This document shows positions 28,304 to 41,725 of a stretch of 64,000 nucleotides of DNA, in pieces. The DNA lies in the NCBI GenBank assembly GCA_964016885.1, contig OZ024743.1, positions 311,302,001-311,366,000 of the forward strand, in the 5' to 3' direction. The notes beneath the pieces were generated by a model. That model worked only from the letters and a program-made list of their open reading frames with translations. It made no database searches and was not told the DNA's origin. Source of the stretch: Eledone cirrhosa (lineage: Eukaryota). A program made the translations under genes and the position numbers. Each line of letters opens with the position of its first letter. Within the stretch, counting starts at the first letter, position 1.

Positions 28304-28581
28304 TTCGAGTATATGTTGGTTGTATACCAACACCCAGTATGCAGATTGGAGCACTCGACGAAGTGCGCAGGTTGGTTTGGTTACTCCGGAGTAATGTAAA
28401 ATAAAATAAAATAAATAAGTCAAATGTTTAAAATTTGGCTTCGTTTATTATTGCTATATATATTTCGGTGACAGCCATCTTTGGCTGTGACCTCTTCAGG
28501 CAGTCCGAAGGCTGTAACCGAAATATATATAGCAGTAATAACGAAGCCAAATTTTAAACATTTGACTTATTTATTTTATTT

Positions 28582-28590
<9 letters not shown>
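28300..28590. mobile_element. Fold-back mini-element with HHR
   Basis: 28397-28476 is inverted at 28510-28590, with tail 28300-28396. Minus HHR 28450-28505 reads tgc-CTGAAGA-ggtcacagcc..ggctgtcacc-GAAA-tatata-TA-gca. Confidence 0.8.
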
Positions 28591-28645
<55 letters not shown>

Positions 28646-28961
28646 TTATTGAGTTAGAGACTGAAAATAGTCTCTTACAATTAAATAGCTCCAAGAAAGA
28701 TGTTTTTCTGAGCCGTGTAATATAATTGAATATACAAGAGAGATAAACACAAATCTAAACATACATGGGTTCGAACTGTAAAGAACCAATTTGACTAGGG
28801 TGAATACTAACTATAACAATATGGTTTGCCAAACTCAATTTAAAGTAATAAATCAAGAAAAAGAAGAATAAACCTATATTGGGCAACTGCCTGAAAGAGC
28901 CACACAGCTATGGGAGCTGTTTCGGCAATTATTTAGCGAAGAAAATCCCCAATTTTCTGCT

Positions 28962-29002
<41 letters not shown>

Positions 29003-29956
29003 ATACTTTGGGAGGGTCATGTTGCCAATAAGAAACACACGCACCAGTTGCTTTCACTTCAATTTATTATAATAAATTTATAAATTTAGGAATTTATAAA
29101 TTTCCGGTTGGTTGGTTGGTTCCACAACCGGATGATTGTTTATATATTGTCAAAGTTCTTTCGTCACTCATTCTGTGACCTCTTCAGTGACTGGGGATTC
29201 TTTTCTTTGTTTTTGTGCCTCTCCTTTGTTCTGTCCTATGCCATCTTGTTTTTATGTGTGTTGTGTGGTTAGTTTGCGCATGTGTTACATCCGGATGTCT
29301 GTGTGTGTTTATATTTGTTTATTTATTTGTTTATTTATTTGTTTATTTACATGTTACTGGTTGGTTGTTTGTTCTATGTGTGTGTGTGTTTTCATTTTGT
29401 TCTTAATTGTAAGTTGTGATGTTGCTGTTCCATCCATGAATGGAACAGGGACAGCAACATCACCCTCTCTCCCTGAAACCACATCAACCTCATTAAGACA
29501 AGACAATCAGCAAAACATTTACCACACACACTTGTCAAAAACTTCCCTTCACCATCCACCCTTAGTGCTTGGGTCTCATACTAGTATTTCCCAATTAATC
29601 TCTAATTTATTGCTTTTTCTTTTATTTGTCACTACCTCAGACTCTCTACACGTATCTATGTATGTTTTGAATATGACTTTTCATGTTAGCACTAAACCCA
29701 CCACACAATCCTTATACGGACACTTACTCACCACCACCACTATCATATTCTGTACTTATATGCTCTCACTTGTCCTTATTTCTTTATATTTTATTATTTT
29801 TCCATTTTCTCACTTTTTTACTGTATCTTTTTACTTATTTTTTACTTTTTGCATCTGTAACTTCTTTACCTACTGATCATATATTTTATTATTGCTGTTA
29901 TTTATTTTGATTATACGCTATTTCTCTATATATATCATGCCATGTATGAATTACTC

Positions 29957-30067
29957 GTATTCTGAGGATTTGGTCATAGGTAAATAATGTAATGGAGATC
30001 GAGTGACGCAACTTCGAGCGATTAGCGGCCTCTAGACTCACCTGATCAATGAAACAATTGTTAATAC
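29957..30067 (+). ncRNA. Type I hammerhead ribozyme with enlarged helix II, at end of a pseudo-LTR (~29450-30122)
   Basis: gtatt-CTGAGGA-tttggtcataggt..acctgatcaat-GAAA-caattg-TT-aatac. Confidence 0.8.
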
Positions 30068-30158
30068 CTGAAATAAAGCCCCTTGTTGTACAGCCAGCCA
30101 TGTTACTCTTCAATCTTTCACTATATATATATTCACGAACACGAAAATACAGGCCAAG

Positions 30159-30245
<87 letters not shown>

Positions 30246-31179
30246 TTCGTGTTCGTGAATATTTTAGTCTCCTTTCATACATTATATAAGGAACAGCTTC
30301 CGGAAGATGGAAATTCATTGAAGTGTTTGTCTTGTTTTCTAAAAGATAAATTCGAAAACAAAACATCATCAATTCTGGTTATTTTTAGTTATTAAGACCC
30401 AGGCCTTATCCTAGAGATAAATTTTTAATTTAACTTTTGAAGATCGATATTTCACTACTTTGTATTCCAATAATTCACAAAGAATATTCTTTTAACCTAT
30501 AAATGGAGGCCAAGAGAAGATAGAAATTGATTTTTTTTTTCTCTTACAAAGACTTGTTTTTTAACAATTTATTTCTTCTTTTTTAACTATCTTTTAGTCG
30601 TGTTTTCTTTTTCTTTTTTCTTAATTCGGTGAGATTTTTTCGAGCTTGATACAGAAAATTTTATTTGGATTTATCAGGCCTGTTTTGTTTTTTTTGTCTT
30701 TTTTGTTTTGTTTTTTTCTGTTCTTTTTTTGTAATTTTTTGTTTTGCTTTTACTCGTTTTTTTTTGGGGGGGGGGGGGGTTCTTTTAATATACTCTGTAT
30801 CATGTTCCATTCAGGGATACAATCGATTCTCCGTGACGTTGACAATGAACTTTCCAGATTTTTTATCACATGGACATACAACTCGTGAAGTAACCTTGTA
30901 AGTCGTTGAATATTCCGCAGACAAGTGTGCCTTTATCATTCAAAAATAAGAAAGGTTTCAACGACGGGATTTATTTAAAGTTCCGCTTACTAAATTTTAC
31001 TCACACAGTTTTGGTTGGCTCAAAGCTATGGTAGGAAACACTTGTCCGATCTTATAGAGTGAACGCTTAACCACATTGCAATACTTGTGGCCGTACTATA
31101 ATTAATTCTTGAACTAACTAAACACTTATCAAATGTGTCAGTCCATGAATTTACAACACAGTCACCTTTATCTCAGATA

Positions 31180-31600
31180 TTGTATGAAAATCTAACATAA
31201 CCCCAAAATCAAAAGTTAGATTATTCAAAACTACAGTGGAATCAATCTTACTTCATTTCTGTGAATCGTGGTTGGTGACAATACCTATCACCAAAGTTTT
31301 AAATGATTGCAACACACGAATGCTAAGAAAAATAAAAAATATCAAAACTCTCTTGGGCAACCCTCACAAATTAGTCATACCATATCAGGCGTCTTCAACT
31401 TGCAAGTCATGTCATGAGAAGCAACGAACCTGCTACAAAACTTTTATTATGGGAGCTCACTAACGTGAAATGCAAACCTCTCCATGCATTAAAGAGAGTC
31501 AATGAGGAAAATACAGAACTATCTGGTGAAGTACTGAGGCAGTTAATATTGGATCGTGTGAGATGGAAAGGTTTTATTATGTCACCACAATGAAGTGGAT
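31180..31600 (+). mobile_element. Old RTE-like LINE 3' remnant
   Basis: KVRLFKTTVESILL..CESW..T..CNTRMLRKI, then KLLLWE and LDRVRW. Confidence 0.6.
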
Positions 31601-32149
31601 GAATTTAGAAGTAGAGTAGTAGTAACGGAGTCAACTAAAACCACAACAGTTAACTATCCTAGTTGTAGGCCACAGAATACACATTAGTTACAGAATACGA
31701 ACTGACAACACTTCAGCTATTATTCCGACATGATGTTGACTATACAACGTAACACACTGTCACGCACAGATAAAAATACTCTGTGGATAGAAAGATGCTA
31801 TAATACTTCGTGAAAATCGATAAACTGATCCATACAGAAATAAAATCGGTATCAAGATGAGACCAAATACAAAAAGGACATCTGGTTCTGAAAGTTTCTG
31901 ACATTTATTTTTAATAGTGAACTCAGCAAGAATTCTATTACGTCTGTACAGCTATGAAAAGAGGCAACTAAATTCGGTGATGGACTCTGAAAGACATTTC
32001 TATAAATGAAGAGAATACCTTCAAATATTATGGATATTAAATCGACTGCCAGTAATCCGAATTAGAAAAGTCATAGATTACAAAGAGAATAAATTCAACT
32101 AATTTTAGAATTGAGCAATATAGATGACCTTATGGAGATAAATCCCTAA

Positions 32150-32578
32150 TTTGTGGCGCGACGTGCTGCAACTCGCTCTCCACTTCCAACCTTGCCTCCT
32201 CGACCACAAACCCGAGCACCACTGTCCACAATGCAAAAGAGAGGAAGATAGTTAAATACCGGTGCTTGAACGAATGTTTTTTCCTTGTACCGGTCTCCTT
32301 GGAGACCTTTGGTGTCTTTAGTTCCAGTACTGCTGATTTCCTTTGTAAAATCGGAAAGACAACGGTTCGTTTGGGAAGGAAGCCCCATGAGGGGGAGTAG
32401 CTGTTGCAGCGGGTGTCTCTGGCCAGGCGCCGCTCAGTAGTCTTTGTAGTCTTTGTCCCTCCCCCTCTCCCTTTCTTTCGTTGCCTAGTTCTTTTTCCTT
32501 TTTCTTCTTTTCATTTCCTTTTTTGTTGCCTTTAATAGTGTTTTGTTTTTGTATAAACAGCTTTGTAAAATAAAATAA
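32150..32578 (+). mobile_element. CRE-like retrotransposon 3' end
   Basis: Degenerate KY.CL..VPVSLETFG..KIGK..LLQRVSLA, ending tataaacagctttgtaaaataaa. Homologous copy at 35113-35560. Confidence 0.6.
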
Positions 32579-32679
32579 CTAAGATGTTGAGAAGAATCCA
32601 TATGTAAATAGAATAAAAGATTCTTATATGTTATCCTTGATATTTCAACTAGAACCAAAAAATATTTTTTTTAAATTAC

Positions 32680-33352
32680 AAATTGCAAAAGTACGACAAA
32701 GGTGCCTACTATCACCTCTCCTATTTATAATCTTCATGGACAGGGTGGGCATGCGCAACCGGGTTCGAAGTGATAGGAAGACAAGCAAATGTAGGATCAG
32801 TCAGCTGGAATTTGTGGACGACATGGTCTCTCGGGGCCGTGTTCATGAGTGATGGAAGACAAGAGACTGAATTAAGTACAAGAATTGCAGGAGCTGGTAC
32901 AGTAATGCGGCAGCTTCAGCATTCGGTAATCAGAAGTAGGGAGGTAGGTGTAAAAGCCAAAATCACTATTTTCAATTCAGTATTCATGCCAAACCTTGCC
33001 TCTGGTCTTGGGTAATAACCGAAACACGATCACAAATAGAAGCAACCGAAATAGGATGCCTCCGAAGGGTTTTCGGAGTAACGTTACTCGATAGAGTGCG
33101 TAGCTCAGAGATCAGAGAGTAACTCCAGGTAGAGCCACTACTTCTACAAATTGAGAGAGCACAGCTCCGATATTAGGGTCATATGCTTGGAATATCTCAA
33201 AAAAGAATCGTTGGACAAATTTTACGGTCAAAAGCAACCGGTATGAGACCTAGAGCAAAATGTTTAGATAACATCCATGAGCTCGACTGGTCTCACTTGG
33301 GGGTCCAACCGGATCAATTGGAGATGGTTGTTTCTGACAGAACTCGCTGGAT
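32680..33352 (+). mobile_element. RTE-clade LINE fragment
   Basis: VRQRCLLSPLLFIIFMD..LEFVDD, SDGRQETELSTRI, GHML..RIVGQILRSK. Confidence 0.8.
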
Positions 33353-34269
33353 TTTTCTCTTTTCTTGATATTTTTCTTTTTTTTTTATATATCTAGAACT
33401 GTACTGAAACAGAACCATAATCTATTACATATTGCTAAATGTTTTTCAGTATTCGAATTATTCTTCTCTGTGAAATACTCAACCACTTACACGATAATTC
33501 ACGAGTCTGATGTTCAGATGATCGACTAACTAAACGATTATAGTCGAAACAGGCGGTGGATCTTCATCGTATCACTTTTAATATCATAAATATCTAAAGT
33601 GCATCATACCTAGAAAACAGAATTAATTGTCGTCTGTTTTCCAATTTGATTAATGTCTTTTGTAAATATTTATTGTCTATTGACAGATATTTTATAATCT
33701 AATAAAACTTTTAGACGTTCGCATCGCAATCATAAACAGGCTTCTGGAAAACATCCTCCAATGGAGTCATGTTAACCTCGTCACTTTCAAAGAGAAGTAT
33801 TGTTCATCTAAAAAAAACGGTTCAAAACACTTTTTCTTAAGAGCACACATCATAAGCCCTCGCAAATGCACCAAATGTTAGGCTTTATAATCACTGAGAA
33901 TTTCTCATATAAAACACCCAACATTTTATATGTTTAAGATTATGTATTTCAATATGTATTAAATTCCAGAACCTCAAGTCAACCATCTACTGGTGTTGTA
34001 AAATTATTAAACCATAAGAATCACAAATTACAATTACAACGAATATATGAAGACCAATACTCAAGAATCGTTAACCCAGTGATACGAACGCAGCCAGTCT
34101 GTAAGAAGGCTTTCTGGTGTGCAGAATCCCGGGATCAAGCCGTCTGGTGGTCCCTAACGGACAATGTGGTAGAATGCTTTCTGGCGTGCAAAATCCCAAG
34201 ATCGAGCCGTCTGGTGGTCCCTCCCGGCGGTCAAAATGGGGAAAGAATTGACCCGGAGGATGGAGAGGG

Positions 34270-34690
34270 GGCTATGTGTTGAAGTAACCATTCCGATTCG
34301 CGAGTCTCATTCCTGTGGATGGCTAGCTCCGCCCGATAGTAATGAGTAAGGAGGTGGTCTGTAAACTAAGAACACCGGATTCTCAACCGCTATAGGTTCA
34401 ATCACAAGCCTATCGGAGAGCGGCCGATATTTCAACAGTTTGCGATCTTCGGCTTGTCGGGCAACAAAGCTTGGGTCTGTCACTGAATGCATCAGGTTGC
34501 AGGTAAAGAAAGTGTCGCTGTATGTTGCGTCTCAGATTAGGTGCGTACCACCGTGGAACGGGAAGATCATGAGACCATTTGTTCTGATGTCTCCATGTTC
34601 CAACCTGACCTGTTCGAACTCCGAAGGAACGCTTGCAGCATGCAAGCCATGTTTAATGGTCTCGTTGAAAACGACATAGCGTGGCAGACG
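34270..34690 (-). mobile_element. CRE-like restriction-like endonuclease remnant
   Basis: NETIKHGL.AASVPS..E..GD.R.NGLMIFPF..G..LI*DAT..D..AE.RK..KY..L..EPIAVE. Confidence 0.65.
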
Positions 34691-35112
34691 ACTCGGTACT
34701 GTGACATCATGAACATGGAACTTCCACTTGTTCAATCACTAGATATATTGAGTATATTCTTTACTTTGGAAATCTAATAATGTCTACCTTCTTCAAAACT
34801 TAACCGTTGCATATGTCAATAGATAACAAATATATCACATCCATAATATATTATTATTTTTTACTCAAGGGTTCTGTCAACTATATATATATACAGTACA
34901 GAACACTGCGACAAACTTCAAATAAAAGCATTATATTATCTTAATTGCAACTTATAGAAACGTACCATTGATATTATACAACAGATTGTTCTTAGTTCAA
35001 ATCATACCGATGTAGATTTTACCTTTCATCTTTACGCGATGAAAACTTAATGTACCAGATAGTGTTGGTTAACTTTGGAAAAATATATTTTCATAGCGAC
35101 AAATAGTTTCCA

Positions 35113-35560
35113 ATTTATTTTACAAAGCTGTTTATACAAAAGTATAATACACAATTAGAGGAAACAAAACAAAAGGAAATGAAAAGAAGAAAAATAAAAT
35201 AATTATACAACGAAAGAAAGGAGGTGTGAGAGGGACGGAGACCACACACCAGTCCAAGTGGTGCCTCAGCTGCGCCCAATGGACAAAATGGTAAATACAT
35301 TACCGCCGAGAATGGTCCAAAACGCACGCTGCAACAGCTACCCTACTTCACGGGGCTCCTCTCTCTTTCCGATTTTACGGAGGAAATCAATAGTGCGGGG
35401 TCCAAGGACACCAGCGGTTCGATGAAGACCGGTACAAAGAGGAATTGGTCAGTCAAGCACTGGTATTTAACTGTATTCCACTTCTTCTCGTTGCGGGATC
35501 AGAGCCCGGGATTGTAGCCGAAGTGACAAGGCTGGAGGCGGAGAACGAGTCGAATTTAAT
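35113..35560 (-). mobile_element. CRE-like retrotransposon 3' end, homolog of 32150-32578
   Basis: KYQCLTDQFLFVPVFIE..GVLGPRTIDFLRKIGK..EPRE..LLQR..GGN, with the same 3' terminus. Confidence 0.6.
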
Positions 35561-36379
35561 CGGCTATAGCAGTGATTCCCAACGTCGGGCGCAAACCCCA
35601 CAGGGGACCAATTTGAATATTCAAGGGCGGGGGGGGGGGCAATTTGAAAATCATGTTAATGGGAGCAAACTTCAGGTTTTACCTTATTACTTTTACATCA
35701 AGGCAACTTTGGAACAAATTCCTGTCGGAAGCTCCTGCCTCACCTCCTCCACACATGATATTATGCATCTGGCACCACCCATACGCCAATTTGTTTACAT
35801 TTTGTAGTCGATGATCGCTGTTTTTATATCAAAGTGGGACATAAAAATGTTTGAGATCTTGAGGTGGGGCATGGGCACAAAAGGTTGGGAACCAATGGGC
35901 TATAGTCATCTTTATAAGTATCTGGCTTCATGATATAGAAGAGTTGTTGGGGAGAATGCGACAGTTTTAAATACAGATGTATCAATTTTGTTGTAGCATG
36001 CTTTTTTTATTTCTCCGCAAATTCTACATGCTGTTTCAATAACTTATTGTAGTGTATTGTTATTTGCGAGTGTGGCACGAATTTCAAAAATGAAATTCTT
36101 TTTTATTTATTTCGAGGATCTTCATTTTAAGTGAAAACTTATCTGAAGTAGAAAAGTTCTATTTATTTCATATTTCCTTAAATGTTGTTTTTGTTTTTTT
36201 TTTCTTATTTCCCTCTTAATATTTACTGGCATTTGCCTGTTTTGCTCAAAGGCTTTTATACTTTCTCATATATATGAACGCCAGGTAGAGCCATCCACTG
36301 CGAGACTTTTCATGCTTTTTATTTTATTAATCCTTATATTCTTCAAATAATCCTTCAATGCATCTTGAACCTTTTAAAG

Positions 36380-36690
36380 AACATGGCAGCAAATTATATT
36401 GCAAAGAGTGTAGGAGCATCATGGTATCTGTTTCACACTACTTTCAACTACAGGCCCAGAGAGAGTGTGAACCCAAAGTTAGCTCTGACTTTCATGTCTT
36501 TATGAAGAGTTTTCAATATATTTACAAGCTACTGAGGGCATCCACATTTAGACAAAACCAACCCCAAGACATTCCTATTAACAGTATCGAATGCTTTACT
36601 GATATCAACAAAATAGCAGAGAGCGAAATTCTGTTCGATTCATTTTCTTGCAGTTGTCTGATTGGAAATCATATTAGTGCCTCTGTTCAC
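36380..36690 (-). mobile_element. RTE/BovB-like reverse transcriptase fragment
   Basis: FVDISKAFDTVNR..L..VLSKCGCP..LVNILKTLHKDM..VKQ..APTLF. Confidence 0.7.
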
Positions 36691-36722
36691 ACGAATATAT
36701 ATCTGTCTGTCTGTCTGTGTGT

Positions 36723-36809
<87 letters not shown>

Positions 36810-37069
36810 TAAGATGTTTGTTCAAACTGAATACGCACGTGTGTTTTTCCCCCCTTTTTTATCATTTGTATCCCGTTCATTCTTCTTCCTACTCTTTATC
36901 TTTCTGTTTTATCTTTTATTTCTAACTCTATCTTCTGGTGAAGGACTAGTGCCCGAAATGTTTAGACTTTTTTCCTGCTATTTCAAGCGTTAAACTAATC
37001 TATTTCTCCAATGTACTGTGTCGTTTGCTTTGTTATTTCTGTTTACGTTTTTCACACAGACACACACAC

Positions 37070-37108
<39 letters not shown>

Positions 37109-37711
37109 AATACAATAACAGAGATAGTTTAAAGCTAAACTCTGACTGGTAACCATCTCACTCAACAAACATTAGGTTATATTTTGATATAATCCAAATT
37201 TAAGTGTTTGGGGTGCTAACAATATGTATTATGTGGAAAAGCCAGTTGTATTATTTTATGAGATATAATTAAAGTTAAAATATATCTCTCTTTCCAAACA
37301 ATTGTTTCATTATAAGTTTTCTACAAATTGGGAGAATATTTCCAGTTTATTTAGAAGCCTAATATACATTCATGTAAGAATATATTTAGGTGGGCGCTTA
37401 TAAATCATCAGTGGAAGCCCATTAAACTTTGATATAAGAAAAAAATTCTTACCGCAGTTAAAAATCGTGTCTGTTAAGTTGCTCCCTCTCGCATCGAATG
37501 ACCGCCAAATTTGAAATTCCAGCAGTTTTTGACTGAGGAAGTATTATAGCGTCACCAAGCGGGAAGGGGAGACAACTACGATCCACGAAAGGAAAAAAAT
37601 AATATACACGCGGGTTAATTAGTTTTTTCGAAAACATTATCAATCCAACGTGTTAAGAACTCAATTGAAATTAAAAAAATAAATATATGCGTGTATATAT
37701 ATATATATATA

Positions 37712-38665
37712 TATATTAATAAGAGGAATTCCAACTTTGTCTGATTTACTCGTTTTATTTACAATCCTTTAAAATTTATAATGGTATTATAATGAAATAG
37801 TATGATAGAATATTAAATTCTAAGTGTTAATTGAACAAGTACTTTCATGCTTTCGCAATCTTCAGGTTCATAATATGTGGTGACAGTTAAGTTTGCAATT
37901 TTCAACTGTAATGAGATGGGTAAATGTTCTACCTTATATACAGTGAAAAGTGGCTCCAGAATGCTAAATCTTGCAAACTGTATTTCGACCAATCAGTGTG
38001 TAGTTTCACTGAATTACTAAAGCTGATTGGTTTAAGCGTCACGACTGGTTGAGCATGTCTAACGACCAATAATTAATCATATCCAAAGCATCAATTGTTT
38101 GGCTATTTTTTGAAATGATGAAAATAGCATTTTCTAGTAATCATCACCATCAACATCACTTTTATTATTATTATTATTGTTGTTGTTGTTGTTAGTTGTC
38201 GTAGTCATAGTCATAGTAGAAGTAATACTCCTAAGCGTTATTATTGTTCATTATATATGCTTTGGATATGATTAATTATTGGTCGTTAGACATGCTCAAC
38301 CAGCCGTGACGCTTAAACCAATCAGCTTTAGTAATTCAGTGAAACTACACACTGATTGGTCGAAATACAGTTTGCAAGATTTAGCATTCTGGAGCCACTT
38401 TTCACTGTATATAAGGTAGAAAATTTACCCATCTCATTACAGTTGAAAATTGCAAACTTGAGTGTCACCACATATTATGAACCTGAAGATTGCGAAACAT
38501 GAAAGTACTTGTTCAATTAACACTTAGAATTTAATATTCTATCATACTATTTCATTATAATACCATTATAAATTTTAAAGGATTGTAAATAAAACGAGTA
38601 AATCAGACAAAGTTGGAATTCCTCTTATTAATATAATCTTCTATACACAATCATACACACCCGTG
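37712..38665. mobile_element. Fold-back pseudo-LTR element with ~380 bp arms
   Basis: 37712-38091 is inverted at 38257-38633, with a short tail and (TA)n flanks. Confidence 0.9.
37833..37869 (-). ncRNA. 37-nt minimal hammerhead ribozyme (plus copy 38479-38514 lacks one G)
   Basis: gaac-CTGAAGA-t-tgc-gaaa-gca-t-GAAA-gtac-TT-gttc, with palindromic helix III. Confidence 0.8.
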
Positions 38666-38689
38666 TATATTTATCTATATATATATATA

Positions 38690-39616
38690 TAATAATGCTG
38701 TGATATATATTTCAATGACGACACTGGCCACACTGTTCTGTGTGCGAGTGTCGTGACATCATCAGACAGCTTGTTACATAATAAGGTGGATAGAGCAGCT
38801 GTGACACTAGAACCCCTCTCAGAACTTCTTACTTAAACATCTCTCTCCATATTATTTACTCACTTCAATCTATATTTTTTACTCACCTCAATCCGATTTC
38901 TCACTTTTTAACTTTTAATTTCTAATTGTTAATTTTTTAATTGTTTAATTTATAATTTCTGATATTTGATTTAGGATTTTATTATTTCCAACTCTCACTC
39001 TTAACTTCCAATGTAAAACCACGATACATAGAATTAAGTTTATTTTCCCTTATGAGTTGATGGTCAGTCGTACTGTCCACGCTAGGTGAGAGGTAGTATT
39101 ATGACCTGTAAAAACTAACACTCTCCCATCCCCTCTGGCTTTCGGCTGATTACCACAGTCGGCATGGGTAGCAGTAAACTATGGTACAGGCCTAGGTGGG
39201 CTATTGTGTGGCTGAGAGGGTGAACTGACTAATCGAATTTCGTTGAAATCTGCGGTAGCTAATGGTCAACTTCCTTCGGACATGCGCCTGCGCAGACCGG
39301 TGGTGGTGAATTGGTACTCACAGGGAACGGATGAAAAACCCAAAAGCACGCATTTCATCCGTTCCCATGGCGATTCAATTTGGATAGCCTCGGAAACATA
39401 ACCTTATTATGTAATAAGCTGTCTGATGATGTCACGACACTCGCATACAGAACAGTGTGGCCAGTGTCATCATTGAAATATATATCACAGCATTATTATT
39501 AAAGGACTTGAACATCTGAAACTACTTCGCTTTTCCTTATTCGATATTTGCTCCGTCACTCCTATGTGGAAAAAATACGTTGAGTGCTTGAATTGAATTG
39601 CATCAATATTTACCCT

Positions 39617-39620
<4 letters not shown>
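38690..39620 (+). mobile_element. Non-coding element with inverted HHR termini
   Basis: 38690-38786 is inverted at 39402-39497. Plus HHR 39418-39491 reads gctgt-CTGATGA-..gacact..agtgtc..-GAAA-tatata-TC-acagc. Confidence 0.8.
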
Positions 39621-39708
<88 letters not shown>

Positions 39709-40006
39709 AAACGTTTTAGACAATTTACACTGTTAGAGTAAGGGTTGGCTTTGTAAGCCCATGACTAACTTTCATGCTGGTTCAGGGGTCCTTTTTTAGT
39801 CAATGTCTTACTTTTACAGTCGTATATCAAGGTAACACCGTATGTTTTAGGTAGAATCTAAGTAGATATCAGTACAAGCATATGTAGATTTCGAAACTAA
39901 GCATCTTAAGCAGCATTGTCTTCCATTTCCATTGATGTCTAACTATCTCAAACAGGTGTTCAATTAAATGAGTGAAGCACTATAAGTACATTTTATAGTC
40001 ATTAAT

Positions 40007-40193
40007 TAATAATTGTTTCTACTTTTTGGCACAAGGCCAGCAATTACCCAGTGCATTACTGGTACTTTATTTTATCGACCCCGTAAGGATGAAAGGCAAA
40101 GTCAACCTCGGCGTGATTTGAACTCAGATCGTAAAGGGACGTAACTATGCTGGAAAGCATGGCATCCGACCCTCTACCGATACTGCCAATCCA
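40007..40193 (-). mobile_element. tRNA-related SINE
   Basis: Minus: gagttcaaatcacgccgaggttgactttgcctttcatccttacggggtcgataaaataaagtaccagt..gctggccttgtgcca. Confidence 0.8.
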
Positions 40194-40359
40194 ATGATAT
40201 TTAGCTTGAGTTACAAACTCTAATTTCTTTATATTTTCGTATATGAGTGTATTCAATTATATTCAGTTTCTCATTAAAATATATTCATGATTTGTGTTCT
40301 TATACGGCTCCAACTAATATGTGTTGGGGTGGGTTAGATGTTTAACAGGTTTTGATGAA

Positions 40360-40450
40360 GGCACGTAGCTTAGTCGTTGGGGTTTTCAACTCACTAAATT
40401 AAGGCCGTGTGTTGGATTCTCGACGGTACGTTGTCCTTAAGCAAGACACT
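40360..40450 (+). mobile_element. Degenerate SINE head, cut by the mariner insertion
   Basis: tagcttagtcg..gttggattc..gttgtccttaagcaagacact, similar to 1-112. Confidence 0.5.
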
Positions 40451-40451
40451 A

Positions 40452-41725
40452 TACGAGGTGTGTCAGAAAAGAAATATGACTAGCGTCGCGAAAAAGATAT
40501 TTCATATCGAAACTACAAATGACAAGTTTTTTTTTTTCGAAAGAACCCCTCTCGAGTTTAATGCCCTTTCTCATTATTTTCCGTCACGCCTCCATGCACC
40601 TCTGGAAGGATTCTCTCGCGATTCTCCGCAGCTCCATTGTCATGGTCCTCTTGATGACTTCCTCGTACGGAAAACGAATCCTGTTAACGACTCTCTTGAG
40701 CTTGGGAAAAAAGAAAATCACCACACATAGCCAGGTCAGGTGAATAGGGAGGTTTCTATAGCACGGTGATATTCTTCTCGGCCAGAAACTGCCGGATGTT
40801 CAGGCCGTTGTGAGCCAGCAGGTTGTCGTGGTGAAGCAGCCATGAGTTGTCCTGCCACAACTCTCGGCTTATCTCTCGCAATGAACGATGCAAACGCTCT
40901 ATGATCTCTTTGTATAGATACAGGTTGATCGTCTGGCCTTATGGCAAGAACTCTATGTGGACGATTCCTCCTCACATCGAAGGAGGCGATCAGCATGCGT
41001 TTGACTTTGGACTTCGACTGTCTTGCTTTGTTCGGCTTCGGTTACTCCGGATTCGTCTACTGAAGGCTCTGGCACTTAGTCTCCGGGTCGTCTTGAAGAT
41101 CCATGACACATTACCGGTGATGACTCTCCCCAGAAAATCTGGTTCGATGTCAAGATGCTCGAAGATGTCCTAACACACCTGCATACGCCGCTCCTTCTGC
41201 TCAGTGTTCATCAGCTTCGCACAGCTCTTCAGCATGCCAAAATCTTCAGTGATAATCTTCCAAGACCAACTCACTTGCGATCGTCAGACGACGATTGCCA
41301 CGCACCACCTACCTCACGCACTTAACGTTTTCCTCAGTCCTGCTCGTTGAAATCGTCCTCTCCTGGAATTTTCTTCCACGTTCTCACGTCCATTTTTTAA
41401 CCTTTTGAGCCACTCGAAAAACCATGAGCGCGATATCGTTTCCTCTCTGTACACTTGCTGCAGTATTCCCCAGCCGAACCAGAAACTTCAGGTTGGTTCG
41501 TTGCTCTGTTGGTTCGTTGCCTATCGTTCAGCGGCCTAAAATTGAGAAACTGTTAATAAAAGCACGTAAAAATACATACAATGGCTGCAGAGAGCTAATA
41601 TCGCAGTTATATACTCCCCGGGTATTCTGTCAAACGGTGACGCAACCCATTAATCCCTACCGAACTCAAAGGTCAAACAGCACAATAAGTCCTGTTACTC
41701 AGTTGACAAAAACGAGATGTACCTG
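40452..41725 (-). mobile_element. Mariner DNA transposon with degenerate transposase
   Basis: EQRTNLKFLVRLG, VFEWLKR, ARQSKSKVKRMLIASFD, WLLHHDN, YSPDLA and LFPKLK motifs across frames. Left TIR tacgaggtgtgtcagaaaag; right TIR decayed. Confidence 0.85.

Noticed and set aside
29136-29876. 246-aa hydrophobic ORF (also 18225-18731)
   Set aside because: Low-complexity T-rich repeat sequence; the 29-kb ORF spans the junction of two back-to-back element ends.
32150-35560. Two inverted CRE-like copies as termini of one composite transposon
   Set aside because: Highly diverged retrotransposon 3' ends with no shared target duplication, more likely independent insertions.
36930-36970. HHR-like ctggtgaaggactagtgcccgaaatgttta (also near 18190 and 28890)
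   Set aside because: Cores and helices too decayed to call, probably old pseudo-LTR remnants.
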